Shown here: positions 37,140-46,772 of the stretch, piece after piece | How the letters are laid out: each line of letters starts with the position of its first letter | How positions within the stretch are numbered: the first letter of the stretch is position 1 | Notes under the pieces: model-generated | The model's database searches: none | What the model saw: the letters and a program-made list of their open reading frames with translations, nothing else | Told to the model about the DNA's origin: nothing | DNA from: a virus | Length of the DNA: 64,000 nt | Reading direction: 5' to 3' (one strand) | IMG/VR virus record: IMGVR_UViG_3300027586_000002 | Span: 42,941-106,940 of that record | Translations under genes and position numbers: made by a program

Positions 37140-38402
37140 ATGCCTGCTTTTGACGATATCTACGATGACGGCTACGGCGAGGACGGTGATGAAGAAAAAC
37201 CAAAAGAGATGACGGAAGAGAATATCTGCCGTGTTTTGAGCGAACATCTCACAAACGATTTTGTAAGAAAAATACAAAGGCTAAACGAGTTCGAGTTGTT
37301 CCTGACACTTGAAAGGTGCAACTCCCTTGTGGACGCGGTGGACAATATAAAAGGACTAAAAAATTATCCCATGCGTCTGCTAGGGCTGGGCTGTCCTATA
37401 AATCATTATGACGAAGTAGATTTTGCGACGAACGCTAAGGATAAAGCAAAACGCCGAAGCATACAGTCAAGGGCTTTGGTATTGGGGACAATGACAATAG
37501 CACTTATAAGTGTTAGAAGGTTTGGTGTAAATTTACCACCCTTTCATAAGGTAGCCAAAATGAACCCAGATAAGGCACAGGCCGCCGAAGTTGATGTTCA
37601 TGATTGGGTGCGCTGGTGGAGAAGATGGTATTACTCTCAGCCAGCTTCGCTGAGGGATGAGCTTTTGAAGATGTTCGCCGACAGGCAAAATACCGAAGAC
37701 TGGCTTCCTCTAGAAACATGGGCAGAGCGTAAAGCTATTTACGAAGAGGAAGAAGAGGACAGCAAGTTAATACAAATAAGTCTTCTCGCCGGCGACTGGG
37801 ACAAAAAAGATAGTGTCGCCGAGCGTCTGAAAAAAATACAAGCAGTCATAGGCAAATGGACAATGAACGCGGTTGATGCAATGACTGAGCTTGAATTGTT
37901 TACATTTATTGAAACGACTGGCTCCGCCACCGCTAAAACAAGATTAGCCTTGGTAATCGGTGACCGCATTGGTGGGGAATTAGGCGCGGATATGTCCACG
38001 CTGGGGAATAGAGCAGAAGTACAAAGATATGAGGCCATGCTCGCATATGGTTATCATAAATGTAAGGAGTTTGGGCTTGAAGGAGATGCTGTGATTGATT
38101 CGGCAGCTCCTAAAATAAGTCACCAAATACAAGCTTGGCTTGAATGGTGGACTAAATGGATCAAAGGACTCGACTCCGCAACAACTCAAAAACTATTGTC
38201 GCAATTGGTAGTCCACGATGAGATCAAAGATGTGGAATTACCGGCCCCAGGAGAATGGCGTAAGAGTTACGACCCTAATGAAAAGAGGGACATAAAAAAC
38301 GCTATGGACATGTTTGAAAATCTGGACATGAACGTAGTAAGAATGCCAAAAGACCAGTTCGGCGGGTCACAAGGAAGTTTTGGTGACTTCCTTGGATTGT
38401 AA
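37140..38402 (+). CDS. protein with two copies of a Trp-rich (WxxWWxxW) domain
   Basis: Internal duplication ELF...FG...W..WW..W...P...W. Confidence 0.75.
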   Translation: MPAFDDIYDDGYGEDGDEEKPKEMTEENICRVLSEHLTNDFVRKIQRLNEFELFLTLERCNSLVDAVDNIKGLKNYPMRLLGLGCPINHYDEVDFATNAKDKAKRRSIQSRALVLGTMTIALISVRRFGVNLPPFHKVAKMNPDKAQAAEVDVHDWVRWWRRWYYSQPASLRDELLKMFADRQNTEDWLPLETWAERKAIYEEEEEDSKLIQISLLAGDWDKKDSVAERLKKIQAVIGKWTMNAVDAMTELELFTFIETTGSATAKTRLALVIGDRIGGELGADMSTLGNRAEVQRYEAMLAYGYHKCKEFGLEGDAVIDSAAPKISHQIQAWLEWWTKWIKGLDSATTQKLLSQLVVHDEIKDVELPAPGEWRKSYDPNEKRDIKNAMDMFENLDMNVVRMPKDQFGGSQGSFGDFLGL

Positions 38403-38473
38403 TTACATAATTAATGGCGGCTGGTTTAATTTTATTCCAGCCGCCTAACTCATTGTTAATTTTTGTAACTCTT

Positions 38474-38641
38474 ATGATCAACTGGACTACATTAGAAGAA
38501 AAGAAGAAACAAGAAAAAATTATCAAAAATAGCACATTAATATTAAATTTTTGGCCGGTATATTTTTGGATATTTTTTGAAGTAAGTAATTACATTATTG
38601 GGGTGGTCCTAAAACTGTGGTTGTCTCCTAGTACTCATTAA
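38474..38641 (+). CDS. small hydrophobic protein
   Basis: Start moved downstream of the hairpin at 38416-38445. Confidence 0.4.
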   Translation: MINWTTLEEKKKQEKIIKNSTLILNFWPVYFWIFFEVSNYIIGVVLKLWLSPSTH

Positions 38642-38647
38642 ATCATT

Positions 38648-39082
38648 ATGAAAAAAAACAAGTTAGTTGTTGGTTCAATAATTGCTGGTTGCTTGGTTGT
38701 AGCCTTGACAGCGTGCACATCAGCTTCAAAAAAGCCCGCGCGAGGGTTGTCATTTCTTCCTCCTGAAGATGAATACGCAGTTAGTGGGCGGGTGCTTTCC
38801 AAGTCCCAAATATATACTGACTGGTCTCGTCAGCTTCAGAAAACAAATCCTAAATTATACACGGCGGTGGAAGGGGCGATAGAACTGTCCAAGAACGAGC
38901 GCTCCACCGTACACGTTAACAGAACAAGTTCGGGGAATTACTATCTCACAGTGTTTGCCAGCTATGGAGCGGAAAACATAATGATGGTTGAGAACAATGA
39001 AATAATATTCAATCATTACGACCGCCGCGATGGCCCAACCGTTGAGGCAACAGTGATTGATCACTTGAAACAGGGCAATTAA
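38648..39082 (+). CDS. putative lipoprotein
   Basis: Signal peptide ending in LTAC. Confidence 0.6.
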   Translation: MKKNKLVVGSIIAGCLVVALTACTSASKKPARGLSFLPPEDEYAVSGRVLSKSQIYTDWSRQLQKTNPKLYTAVEGAIELSKNERSTVHVNRTSSGNYYLTVFASYGAENIMMVENNEIIFNHYDRRDGPTVEATVIDHLKQGN

Positions 39083-39133
39083 TCAAACACTAGGTGGGCT
39101 TGAGTAATATTGAGCCCACCTAGTACCATTGTT

Positions 39134-39478
39134 ATGAAAATAATAGGTTACTTAGCGCGAGGCGCTGCCGAAGTGACTGATGATATATTTGTTTATAGTA
39201 AAAACAATCAGTCATTTATAACTTTACAACAACATATAAATGTACTTGCACAAAATGCAAGTATGAAACAATTGCCAATAAATACGGTGGCAGTTCTTGA
39301 AGATGACTGCGGAAATCGCAAGGCTGTATGGCGCAAGAAGCACAGCTTCATAACCGGCACACATATTAAGTTTACTCTGGCCAAGTTGCCAAGAGTTATA
39401 AACGTCAATGGTATTGCCGGAAGAAAAGGAGACGCCGGTGAGTGGCTTGTATATGAGCACCAACCAGCAATATTATGA
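39134..39478 (+). CDS. hypothetical protein
   Basis: ATG downstream of the hairpin at 39090-39123. Confidence 0.5.
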   Translation: MKIIGYLARGAAEVTDDIFVYSKNNQSFITLQQHINVLAQNASMKQLPINTVAVLEDDCGNRKAVWRKKHSFITGTHIKFTLAKLPRVINVNGIAGRKGDAGEWLVYEHQPAIL

Positions 39479-39984
39479 GTTATGCAGATGAAGAACTAAT
39501 AATGACCGCCCGGGTCGCGGCCCATGAAGTTAATGATCAGTCGGCCACCATTATGGAAAAAGGAACAGAACTGGCGCTGTTCCTTGAAATACGCAAATGG
39601 TGTATTATGCTGGGCACCATAAAACAAAACCTTGGAATGGCTATAATTTATAAGCCTTCTTTAGCTGAAATAGATGAAGATGTAGAAAAGCAGCTGGCTG
39701 GGGCTGAAATTCTGATCGGCTACGGCATAATTAAAAGTTGTAGATTTGGTGTAAAAAGAAACACCAAAGATCTAACGGTCGATAAATGGTATTCATTTTG
39801 GAATGGCTGGTGGGTCGATCTCAATAACAAAGAACGGGAGGAGATCACTAACGAAGGCGAATTCGATTACGACTTGGCTGCCAGATTAGCTCCTTCCATA
39901 TCATGGACGGAAATAGTACAACCACTTGGGTTTAAAATAGATCCTGAGGCAGACATTATGTCATCTGAAATGCCTACCGATTAA
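39475..39984 (+). CDS. Trp-rich domain paralog
   Basis: ELALF...RFGV...W..FW..W...P..SW. Confidence 0.65.
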   Translation: MSYADEELIMTARVAAHEVNDQSATIMEKGTELALFLEIRKWCIMLGTIKQNLGMAIIYKPSLAEIDEDVEKQLAGAEILIGYGIIKSCRFGVKRNTKDLTVDKWYSFWNGWWVDLNNKEREEITNEGEFDYDLAARLAPSISWTEIVQPLGFKIDPEADIMSSEMPTD

Positions 39985-39988
39985 TAAT

Positions 39989-40576
39989 ATGGATAAAGAA
40001 TTTTCTGATGCTGAGCTTAAGAAAATGCTCCAGCAATTGAAGCAAGCTACAAGTAATAACTCAGAAGTTATCCGGGCAAATACCGTCCTTGAGGCCAAAA
40101 ATAATCTAAGCCGGCTGCTTGGTAATGAAACAATTCAGTTTGTTGAGGGTATGAGCCAACTAAAGCTGTTTCATTTCATAAAAGAGCAGGCCATACTTAT
40201 ATCTAAAATCTCAAAACATTTTGAGGTCAAAGACATGAGTAAAATCGCTGAAGAAATAAAGGACAAGGATGCATTGTTAGACTATTTCATGGCTAAAACT
40301 TGCATTAAACTTGGACTGATAATCGTCTCACTTCGTTATAACGTAAAGTTATTAACTCCAAATGAGGAAATCTTTGGAGTTGAAAAGAGTGAAGATTTTC
40401 GCCGCTGGCTTTGCTGGTGGGAAGAATGGGAAAAACATATGAGCATTGACCGGCTCCTTGTTAATTATATGGCAGCCAATATAGAATGCGGCTTTGATAC
40501 TGAAATACATCCTCCAGGTAAATGGCAGGATATAAGTATAGAAAAAGCAAAAAAACTTGTAACAATGTTTGGATAA
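39989..40576 (+). CDS. Trp-rich domain paralog
   Basis: LKLF...RYNV...W..WW..W...PPGKW. Confidence 0.65.
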   Translation: MDKEFSDAELKKMLQQLKQATSNNSEVIRANTVLEAKNNLSRLLGNETIQFVEGMSQLKLFHFIKEQAILISKISKHFEVKDMSKIAEEIKDKDALLDYFMAKTCIKLGLIIVSLRYNVKLLTPNEEIFGVEKSEDFRRWLCWWEEWEKHMSIDRLLVNYMAANIECGFDTEIHPPGKWQDISIEKAKKLVTMFG

Positions 40577-40597
40577 CCACTTAGCCACTTAACCACT

Positions 40598-40846
40598 ATG
40601 AAAAAATACTTAATTTTAATACCTAGTCTGCTGTTAATTAGCAGTTGCAAAACAAAATCAACGGTACCAACAGCCCGGCCAATGATGATAGCAAAGCCTG
40701 CTGCTTACCAAGATTTTAGAAATCTAACCTATTGTCCGGCATCGATGGACAAGTTTCACTACGAGATGGCTACAAAACGGCTTCTTGAAGATAACAATGC
40801 ACTAGAGAACAATTCTTCAGTTCTTGATGCGTTAAAAAACAAATAA
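40598..40846 (+). CDS. putative small lipoprotein
   Basis: MKKYLILIPSLLLISSC. Confidence 0.55.
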   Translation: MKKYLILIPSLLLISSCKTKSTVPTARPMMIAKPAAYQDFRNLTYCPASMDKFHYEMATKRLLEDNNALENNSSVLDALKNK

Positions 40847-41145
40847 CAACAAATTGTAATTCTGGCTGGGCTGTTGTTAATCATAAGGTTGATGACAGCT
40901 CAGCTCTTTTAAAAGTGGAAAACTTAATTATTGATAGGCAATTAGGCTTAACTTACACCGCTCCAGCTAAGATGTATATAAAAGAGATATTGTTTATCAA
41001 ACTCAAGCATAGAATGGAATACTTCTTTAAATTCCAAATACCAGCCGGCGGTCGCCGTCGGCGGTAAGAATGAATCTTAATTAAGAAACAAAAAAATGAA
41101 ATCATATAACGAATTCTTAAGTAAAATTGATAATGTAATGATGCA

Positions 41146-41360
41146 GAGGTACTAGCAATGCAAGTGCCTCACTAAGGGTAGCAACAAGCTGGTTTAATTT
41201 CCGCAACGGTGCGGCATATAAATACCGAGAAACTCAGAGCAGTTGGAAGCTGATAATTCGACTCTGGGTGGAATGTACGAAAGCTTCCTTTGACGTTTAT
41301 CTCCGCAGGCGTGGTAACGTTGAGGTAGGGACAATAGTGCGCACAAATCCCTACACTATC
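41146..41360 (+). ncRNA. candidate structured non-coding RNA
   Basis: Consecutive hairpins and two possible H-type pseudoknots in a gap lacking a credible ORF; strand assumed from context. Confidence 0.4.
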
Positions 41361-41376
41361 TCTAATATGTCTTTTT

Positions 41377-41877
41377 ATGTATGTAGATCATTTAGCAGAA
41401 TACAATATATTACAGACCCTGTTGCACAAATTACCCAAGGTAGATCCTCTTAAGACAGTTGTCTTAAATGTTTCGCCTGATTATTCTTCTACGGTCGCTA
41501 TGCAAATAGCACACTATCTTTCTGATAAAGGTCATATGTTAGATATAATATCTGTAGATGTACCGTATCCCGGAGAGAGTAAAGATTTATATGTAGAGGC
41601 TTTTGAAAAGATAAGTTTAGAATTAATTGATAAGTATAGTAAGATAATCTTATGCGAAGCTGCTGTGTTATCAGGTAAAAATTATACCTGGCTGAAGGAT
41701 ATACTCTTAACTAGAGGCTATAGCGATAACAACATCATCCCAGTCGCTCTACTAGAAATGTATAGTAGTACATTTAAGTCAACTTTTGTTGGTGAGTATA
41801 TTGAGGATATGCCAGAGTTTTACTGGGAGAGATATAATAAAGCTTGGGACTCAACGGACCCTCATAGCTATATCTAG
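41377..41877 (+). CDS. phosphoribosyltransferase-fold protein
   Basis: IILCEAAVLSGKNY resembles the PRPP loop hhhhDDhhxSGxT; FYWE tail. Confidence 0.5.
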   Translation: MYVDHLAEYNILQTLLHKLPKVDPLKTVVLNVSPDYSSTVAMQIAHYLSDKGHMLDIISVDVPYPGESKDLYVEAFEKISLELIDKYSKIILCEAAVLSGKNYTWLKDILLTRGYSDNNIIPVALLEMYSSTFKSTFVGEYIEDMPEFYWERYNKAWDSTDPHSYI

Positions 41878-42007
41878 TATGCCTCGCTATACGGGCTGCC
41901 CCACTTCCCCTCGAGCCTATCTAAGGTGCTCCACCCAGCGAGTATAATTTGATTTCAGACATAACTTAATCCCCCAACCTATATATCTCTCTCTACTTAA
42001 CTAACTT

Positions 42008-42310
42008 ATGGGCAAATACATAGATTATATTAAATTCGAAGGAAAGTTTATAGCGCTTGAACCTCAGCGCAAAGCAGAAAAGTTAATTCTACATGCCAAT
42101 GCTATACTTTGCGACAAGCCTGATTCAATAGCCTCTGTTCCTGAAGATAAGGCTATAGTTTGTGTTGTTAAGAACGCTTTTTTTGATGCAGCGGCTTTTG
42201 TCTATGATGAGGCTCAGCTAAGAGCGTTTACCCGACCTAACGACTATAGAGTTAAAACATGGCTTACTATGGACAAGGGAGATGTCCAGCAGCTAATAAA
42301 TATAAATTAA
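42008..42310 (+). CDS. hypothetical phage protein (degenerate cassette cargo)
   Basis: VCVV.N.FFDAA....E..L..F....D.R..W; followed by hairpin + TTTTTTAGTTATTAG. Confidence 0.65.
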   Translation: MGKYIDYIKFEGKFIALEPQRKAEKLILHANAILCDKPDSIASVPEDKAIVCVVKNAFFDAAAFVYDEAQLRAFTRPNDYRVKTWLTMDKGDVQQLININ

Positions 42311-42464
42311 AGACATAGGCTGGGGAAACCCGGCCTAAGTTCTTTTTTAGTTATTAGATATAAATATAACTTGAGCACGATATTATGCTCAAAATAGTTC
42401 TTGCGTTATGATGTTAACATGCTAAATTTAGATTGTCGGGTAACAATTAACCAAAAATATAAAT

Positions 42465-42965
42465 ATGTCAAATACGTCAAGTCTCCGTAAAGCATCCTCA
42501 CTACCATCAGCTGCAGGTCGTAGCAAAGCATCAGTAAGATATGATACATCTGATGATGTGGTAAAGGTTTCAAATGGCACTAACTGGCTTCCTGTTACTT
42601 ATCATGATATCGCCTTTAACATGCTGGACAATGGTTCTCTAGCTACACAAACATTCTTCATTGCTTCCCGAACTCTTGAAGTTGTCTCTGTAAGAGAAGT
42701 ACATTCAGTTGTTGGATCTGATTCTGGTGCTGTATCTGTTACAGTTACAAAGGATACAGGAACTAACGCTCCTGGTGCCGGTACTGCTGTGTTGTCTGCG
42801 GTGTTGAGCCTTAAGGCCACTGCTAATACAACTCAGTCTGGTGCATTGTCTGCTACTGCTGCTACATTGAAGCTCGCTGCTGGTAATCGTCTAGCTATTA
42901 AGTTTGCTGGAGTTCTTACTGCTGCTGCTGGTGTTACAGTGACAGTTACAGTTAAGGAAATCTAA
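42465..42965 (+). CDS. probable virion decoration or fibre-like beta protein
   Basis: Ala/Thr/Val-rich beta-sandwich composition; own TTGCGT-N17-TAAATT promoter and terminator. Confidence 0.5.
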   Translation: MSNTSSLRKASSLPSAAGRSKASVRYDTSDDVVKVSNGTNWLPVTYHDIAFNMLDNGSLATQTFFIASRTLEVVSVREVHSVVGSDSGAVSVTVTKDTGTNAPGAGTAVLSAVLSLKATANTTQSGALSATAATLKLAAGNRLAIKFAGVLTAAAGVTVTVTVKEI

Positions 42966-43024
42966 GATTGTCGGTTGCATATTGCTAAGCCGGGCTATTA
43001 ACTTAGCTCGGCTTTTGCTTTATA

Positions 43025-43107
43025 CCCTCCCTCCCTGCTCATCGATACTTATTACACCAAGCACAAGAAGAGGCAGCCTGTGTGGCGCTCTTTTTTTTAG
43101 CTATCAG
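43025..43107 (+). repeat. empty cassette: C-rich tract joined to the conserved hairpin/end motif
   Basis: CCCTCCCTCCC...AAGAGGCA-GCC-TGTGT-GGC-GCTCTTTTTTTTAGCTATCAG. Confidence 0.7.
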
Positions 43108-43586
43108 GGTTTCCACTTATTTATAACGTCAGGATCTTTGTAAGCCCTCTTTATAAGTCTGTTCTCTATGAGAAGACTAGTCTGAGGATCATGTGTATCG
43201 TCCAAGGCATGACTAAGCTCATGAGCATAGATACAACCAAATCTAAAATAAGTCCATGGCTTGTCAGTTATAATAAAGGAATCATCTATAAGTATATAAG
43301 TACCTTTGTTCTTACTATAGACTGTCATACCAGAGAACTCTTTAGAGTGCATCCAGAACAAAGGAATATCTTCGTATCCTGTATACTTAATGTCAGGAGC
43401 TAATATATTTATTAAAGCCAGGCTGCGATAAGCCTTGGCAGTTTCCTCCGGAGTAAACGCTGCAGTAACCTTAATATACCTGTCGCCTAATCCTTGCACA
43501 TCTAAGTGTTCCTTATATAGATAAGTAGTGCAGTTAGTTACAACCAAACTAACAAGCAATATTATAAATAGGTGGACACGCTTCAT
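43104..43586 (-). CDS. exported zincin-like metallopeptidase
   Basis: Signal or lipoprotein peptide; AHELSH HExxH motif. Confidence 0.6.
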   Translation of the reverse strand: MKRVHLFIILLVSLVVTNCTTYLYKEHLDVQGLGDRYIKVTAAFTPEETAKAYRSLALINILAPDIKYTGYEDIPLFWMHSKEFSGMTVYSKNKGTYILIDDSFIITDKPWTYFRFGCIYAHELSHALDDTHDPQTSLLIENRLIKRAYKDPDVINKWKP

Positions 43587-43592
43587 TATAAC

Positions 43593-44543
43593 TTACATAA
43601 AAGATGCGGACGGTTTGTTTAAATCTTTAAAATAATTTGTTCTTTGAACATTAATATATGGCCCACGGTTTATCCAATTAGTTCCATCTTGGGTGTAATG
43701 ATGGACTGGCTTAGCATAAGGTCGATCAATGTTGCCCATTATTGTGTCTAATCGGCTTGGTAAATGCCTTTTATTTACCTCTAAAAATGTTTGTCTGATA
43801 TCTTTGGCATTCTGCCCTTTTCCTTCAGCAAATAAATTAACACTTCCAGGAGGAGTTATATTAATATTTGTAGCGTTTGGAAAGTACTTGTGAACTAACT
43901 CTGGTGTACATCCTCCACCCAAATTACATGCTCCACTATAAAAGTTATGTATATTATTAGTAGCAGGTCCTATTTTTTTTGCTATATCTTCAAGATTAAA
44001 AAGTGTATCTGGATTTTTAATACTTGAAAGTAAACTACTATTAATTGATTTAGATATTTCTGGGTCCGGTTGATAATTAAAGTCTCCTACACCGCCACCA
44101 CCATGAGCATTTACGATCAAACTGTTATTCCCAAGCCCATTATCTATTCTTATATTACTAGAGTAACTTGGTTGATATTTATTCCAACTATTATAACTTG
44201 CATCAGGTATACCATTAAATAACCATTTATTTTTACTTGGGTTGCCCATTGGTTTTAGGAAATTATCTATTTCATTTATACCTTTGTTTTCGCCGCCGAA
44301 CCAATTTTTAGCTGTATCTTTTATGTGAGATAATCCATTTTGTACATTTGATATAAAAGATGGTCCTGTTTGGATGGGTTTGTCTCTTAATAACCTAGTA
44401 TCGTTATGCTCAATTTTAAGCCCAGTATTCATCCTCTGCATCATTGCACCAGGAGGTATGAGAGCTGGCTTTGCTGAAGGTATAGAGTTTATAACTTCAT
44501 CAGCTCTCTTCTTAAAGCCTCTTATAACAGCTTCTTGGTTCAT
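43593..44543 (-). CDS. leader-tagged protein with His-Gly/Cys (clan CD-like) domain
   Basis: MNQEAVIRGFKKRA; LIVNAHGG...FYSGACN. Confidence 0.7.
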   Translation of the reverse strand: MNQEAVIRGFKKRADEVINSIPSAKPALIPPGAMMQRMNTGLKIEHNDTRLLRDKPIQTGPSFISNVQNGLSHIKDTAKNWFGGENKGINEIDNFLKPMGNPSKNKWLFNGIPDASYNSWNKYQPSYSSNIRIDNGLGNNSLIVNAHGGGGVGDFNYQPDPEISKSINSSLLSSIKNPDTLFNLEDIAKKIGPATNNIHNFYSGACNLGGGCTPELVHKYFPNATNINITPPGSVNLFAEGKGQNAKDIRQTFLEVNKRHLPSRLDTIMGNIDRPYAKPVHHYTQDGTNWINRGPYINVQRTNYFKDLNKPSASFM

Positions 44544-44567
44544 ATTAAAACTGTTTGTATACTGTTA

Positions 44568-45269
44568 TTAACAATTCCATTTACTTAAAGCTAACGATTT
44601 TCTAGTAGGCCTTCCCTTTTCATCTTTCATTGGACCAGGCATTCCGCTCATTCTTGCACAGAAAGACTTTCTTCTTTTTGCTGATTTTGAATCAGGGTCT
44701 AATTTTGATGGCTCCGTAGTAACAGCCATTTGAAGTTTAGACCCAGGGTTTTCTGCGCGATACGATGCTACGCCTTTAGCGTTTAACCCACCTGCTGGAT
44801 TTTTGCCTTCTGAACGTTGCCAAGCCGCAGATGCTTGCTTATCTGATTCTTTTTCATTCTTTTTACCTACAGGACGACAAGAGCCAGGAGTCAACGCCTT
44901 AGTATTAGGTACGCGTTGGTATCCGCTCCAACACTTAGCTTGCTTCTCTGATATCGCGGTTACTTTGTTCCAGTTCTTAGCATCGGGGTAGTCTTTGTCT
45001 CCAGGCTTTGCTGTAGCTTCCCCTCGTTGCTTTTTAGCTCTAATGTTTGCCCACAAGCCGGGCTTTTCATCTGTTCCGCGCCCTAGTTTATTAAGCTCTT
45101 CAGCTCGCTTATAAAACCCTCTTAGCATTGCTTCTTTAGACACAGCAGGTAATCCATCATAGTCATAGCCTTTAATGTATTTTTCATCATAGAAGTCATA
45201 ACCATATGCTTCTTTATTAAGCTCTTCGGCTCGCTTATAAAACCCTCTTAGTATTGCTTCTTTGTTCAT
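44568..45269 (-). CDS. leader-tagged modular protein (two leaders, GLWANI, CWxGY and DUF6321-like modules)
   Basis: Modules separated by KEA/KQA; AWQRSEGKNP.GGLN.KG...RRKSFCARM...W.C. Confidence 0.75.
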   Translation of the reverse strand: MNKEAILRGFYKRAEELNKEAYGYDFYDEKYIKGYDYDGLPAVSKEAMLRGFYKRAEELNKLGRGTDEKPGLWANIRAKKQRGEATAKPGDKDYPDAKNWNKVTAISEKQAKCWSGYQRVPNTKALTPGSCRPVGKKNEKESDKQASAAWQRSEGKNPAGGLNAKGVASYRAENPGSKLQMAVTTEPSKLDPDSKSAKRRKSFCARMSGMPGPMKDEKGRPTRKSLALSKWNC

Positions 45270-45270
45270 A

Positions 45271-45609
45271 TTAAAACTGTTTGTTAAATCCCAATCTTGC
45301 TGGTAGTTTATCTGCAGAAATACTAGGGTTTACCGGAAGAGGCACTGGAGTTTGTTGACTATATGCGGGGTGAGGAGCCTGCCCTAACCCAGCTAACAAT
45401 TTAGCTCGGTCCAGCACCATCGCAAGTGGATTTATCCCTGGCATTTTGATTGGAAGATCAGGGGCAACGTATGGTTTGTCTTTCCCTACTTGGAATAACG
45501 GATTTATTCCTGGCATAACTAGACCACCAGCTTCACCTGCCCACTTTAGCCTTTCAGCTGCTCGCTTATAAAACCCTCTTAGTATTGCTTCTTTGTTCAT
45601 ATTATTCAT
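45271..45609 (-). CDS. leader-tagged Pro-rich protein
   Basis: MNKEAILRGFYKRAA; ends in RLGFNKQF. Confidence 0.65.
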   Translation of the reverse strand: MNNMNKEAILRGFYKRAAERLKWAGEAGGLVMPGINPLFQVGKDKPYVAPDLPIKMPGINPLAMVLDRAKLLAGLGQAPHPAYSQQTPVPLPVNPSISADKLPARLGFNKQF

Positions 45610-45610
45610 A

Positions 45611-46771
45611 TTAAAACTGTTTGTTAAATCCCAATCTTACATTGTTCTTACCAAAACTAGCTCTTGGAGAGGCTTTTCCTACAAGCGGAATACCTACATC
45701 TGTCTTCTTCTTAAAGTTCTGAAAGAAGCTTGCCGTGCCCTTAGACTTAGAAGTAGGAGCAACGGCAACGGCAGGCTTTATTGAAGCCATCGTTGCTGGG
45801 CCTACGTTGGCTTCTACGGGGTTATTACAGGCTCCCCCGCCACAGACGTCAATATCAGGTTCTACGTATGGAGCAGCGATAGATGACATAGCCAAACTAG
45901 GAGCTGGCTGTTGCCCTGATATAGTAGCAACATTACGCATTGTCTCCCTACGTATCGCTGCTTGTATGCTATCTGCTGCAAAGTTAGAACTTGGCTGTGG
46001 ATTGTTAAGCTCGGATTTGAATCTATCCATGAATGAACCCTGCATCAATTGATTGGCTTGTTCTTCTGATTTCTTAAACAACTTATGCTTTATAGCAAAA
46101 TCCTGCATGTCTTTGACTGTCTTGAAACTATCTGGCGTTCGTCCGCGCGCAGCATACCATCGTTTGTTATTCTGATTGCCTATTCCTTCAAGAGCAATGC
46201 TCATTTCTATATCGTCTAGTTCATCTGTTCCTATATGTTTTCTAAAATTGCTAGTTAATTTAACATGTTGTGGTTGAACACCTAATTGTTGGTGAATTAA
46301 CCTGGCCAGAGCTGGATGTACTCCTTTTTGTATGCCTTTATGATTAAATGGATCTTCATAAGACGATGGAGGATAATTGTATTCTGGTTCAACTTTAGCT
46401 TGTGGAAACATTGACCATGCGTTCTTATTCATACTTTTAGGATAGTGAGTATACAAAGTTCTATTCTTTGTGTCGGCATATATTTTAGCAAGCTCTTGCA
46501 ACAGCTTTTTATTTTTTGCGTCTTTTAAAGTAAAATAGCGAGGGTTATTACCTTCTTGTTTATGTACATCAGTATTATAATAGTTTTCTGTTTGAAAATG
46601 TACTGGCTTCTTGCTTACTTTGAAATGTTGTTGCAATGCCTTTGTAAAACTAGATGAATCGACACTGCCCGCGCCAGCGTAACCTCCCTTGACTCCTGTT
46701 TGTAATCCTAAATATGGATCGCTATGATAATCTCCTTTATCATCTGACCATGAGTATGCATTCTTATTCAT
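45611..46771 (-). CDS. modular protein containing an acyl-carrier-protein-like domain
   Basis: MNKNA twice; LIHQQLGV...NF..HIGTDELD.IEM..ALE...FKTVKD. Confidence 0.7.
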   Translation of the reverse strand: MNKNAYSWSDDKGDYHSDPYLGLQTGVKGGYAGAGSVDSSSFTKALQQHFKVSKKPVHFQTENYYNTDVHKQEGNNPRYFTLKDAKNKKLLQELAKIYADTKNRTLYTHYPKSMNKNAWSMFPQAKVEPEYNYPPSSYEDPFNHKGIQKGVHPALARLIHQQLGVQPQHVKLTSNFRKHIGTDELDDIEMSIALEGIGNQNNKRWYAARGRTPDSFKTVKDMQDFAIKHKLFKKSEEQANQLMQGSFMDRFKSELNNPQPSSNFAADSIQAAIRRETMRNVATISGQQPAPSLAMSSIAAPYVEPDIDVCGGGACNNPVEANVGPATMASIKPAVAVAPTSKSKGTASFFQNFKKKTDVGIPLVGKASPRASFGKNNVRLGFNKQF

Positions 46772-46772
46772 A

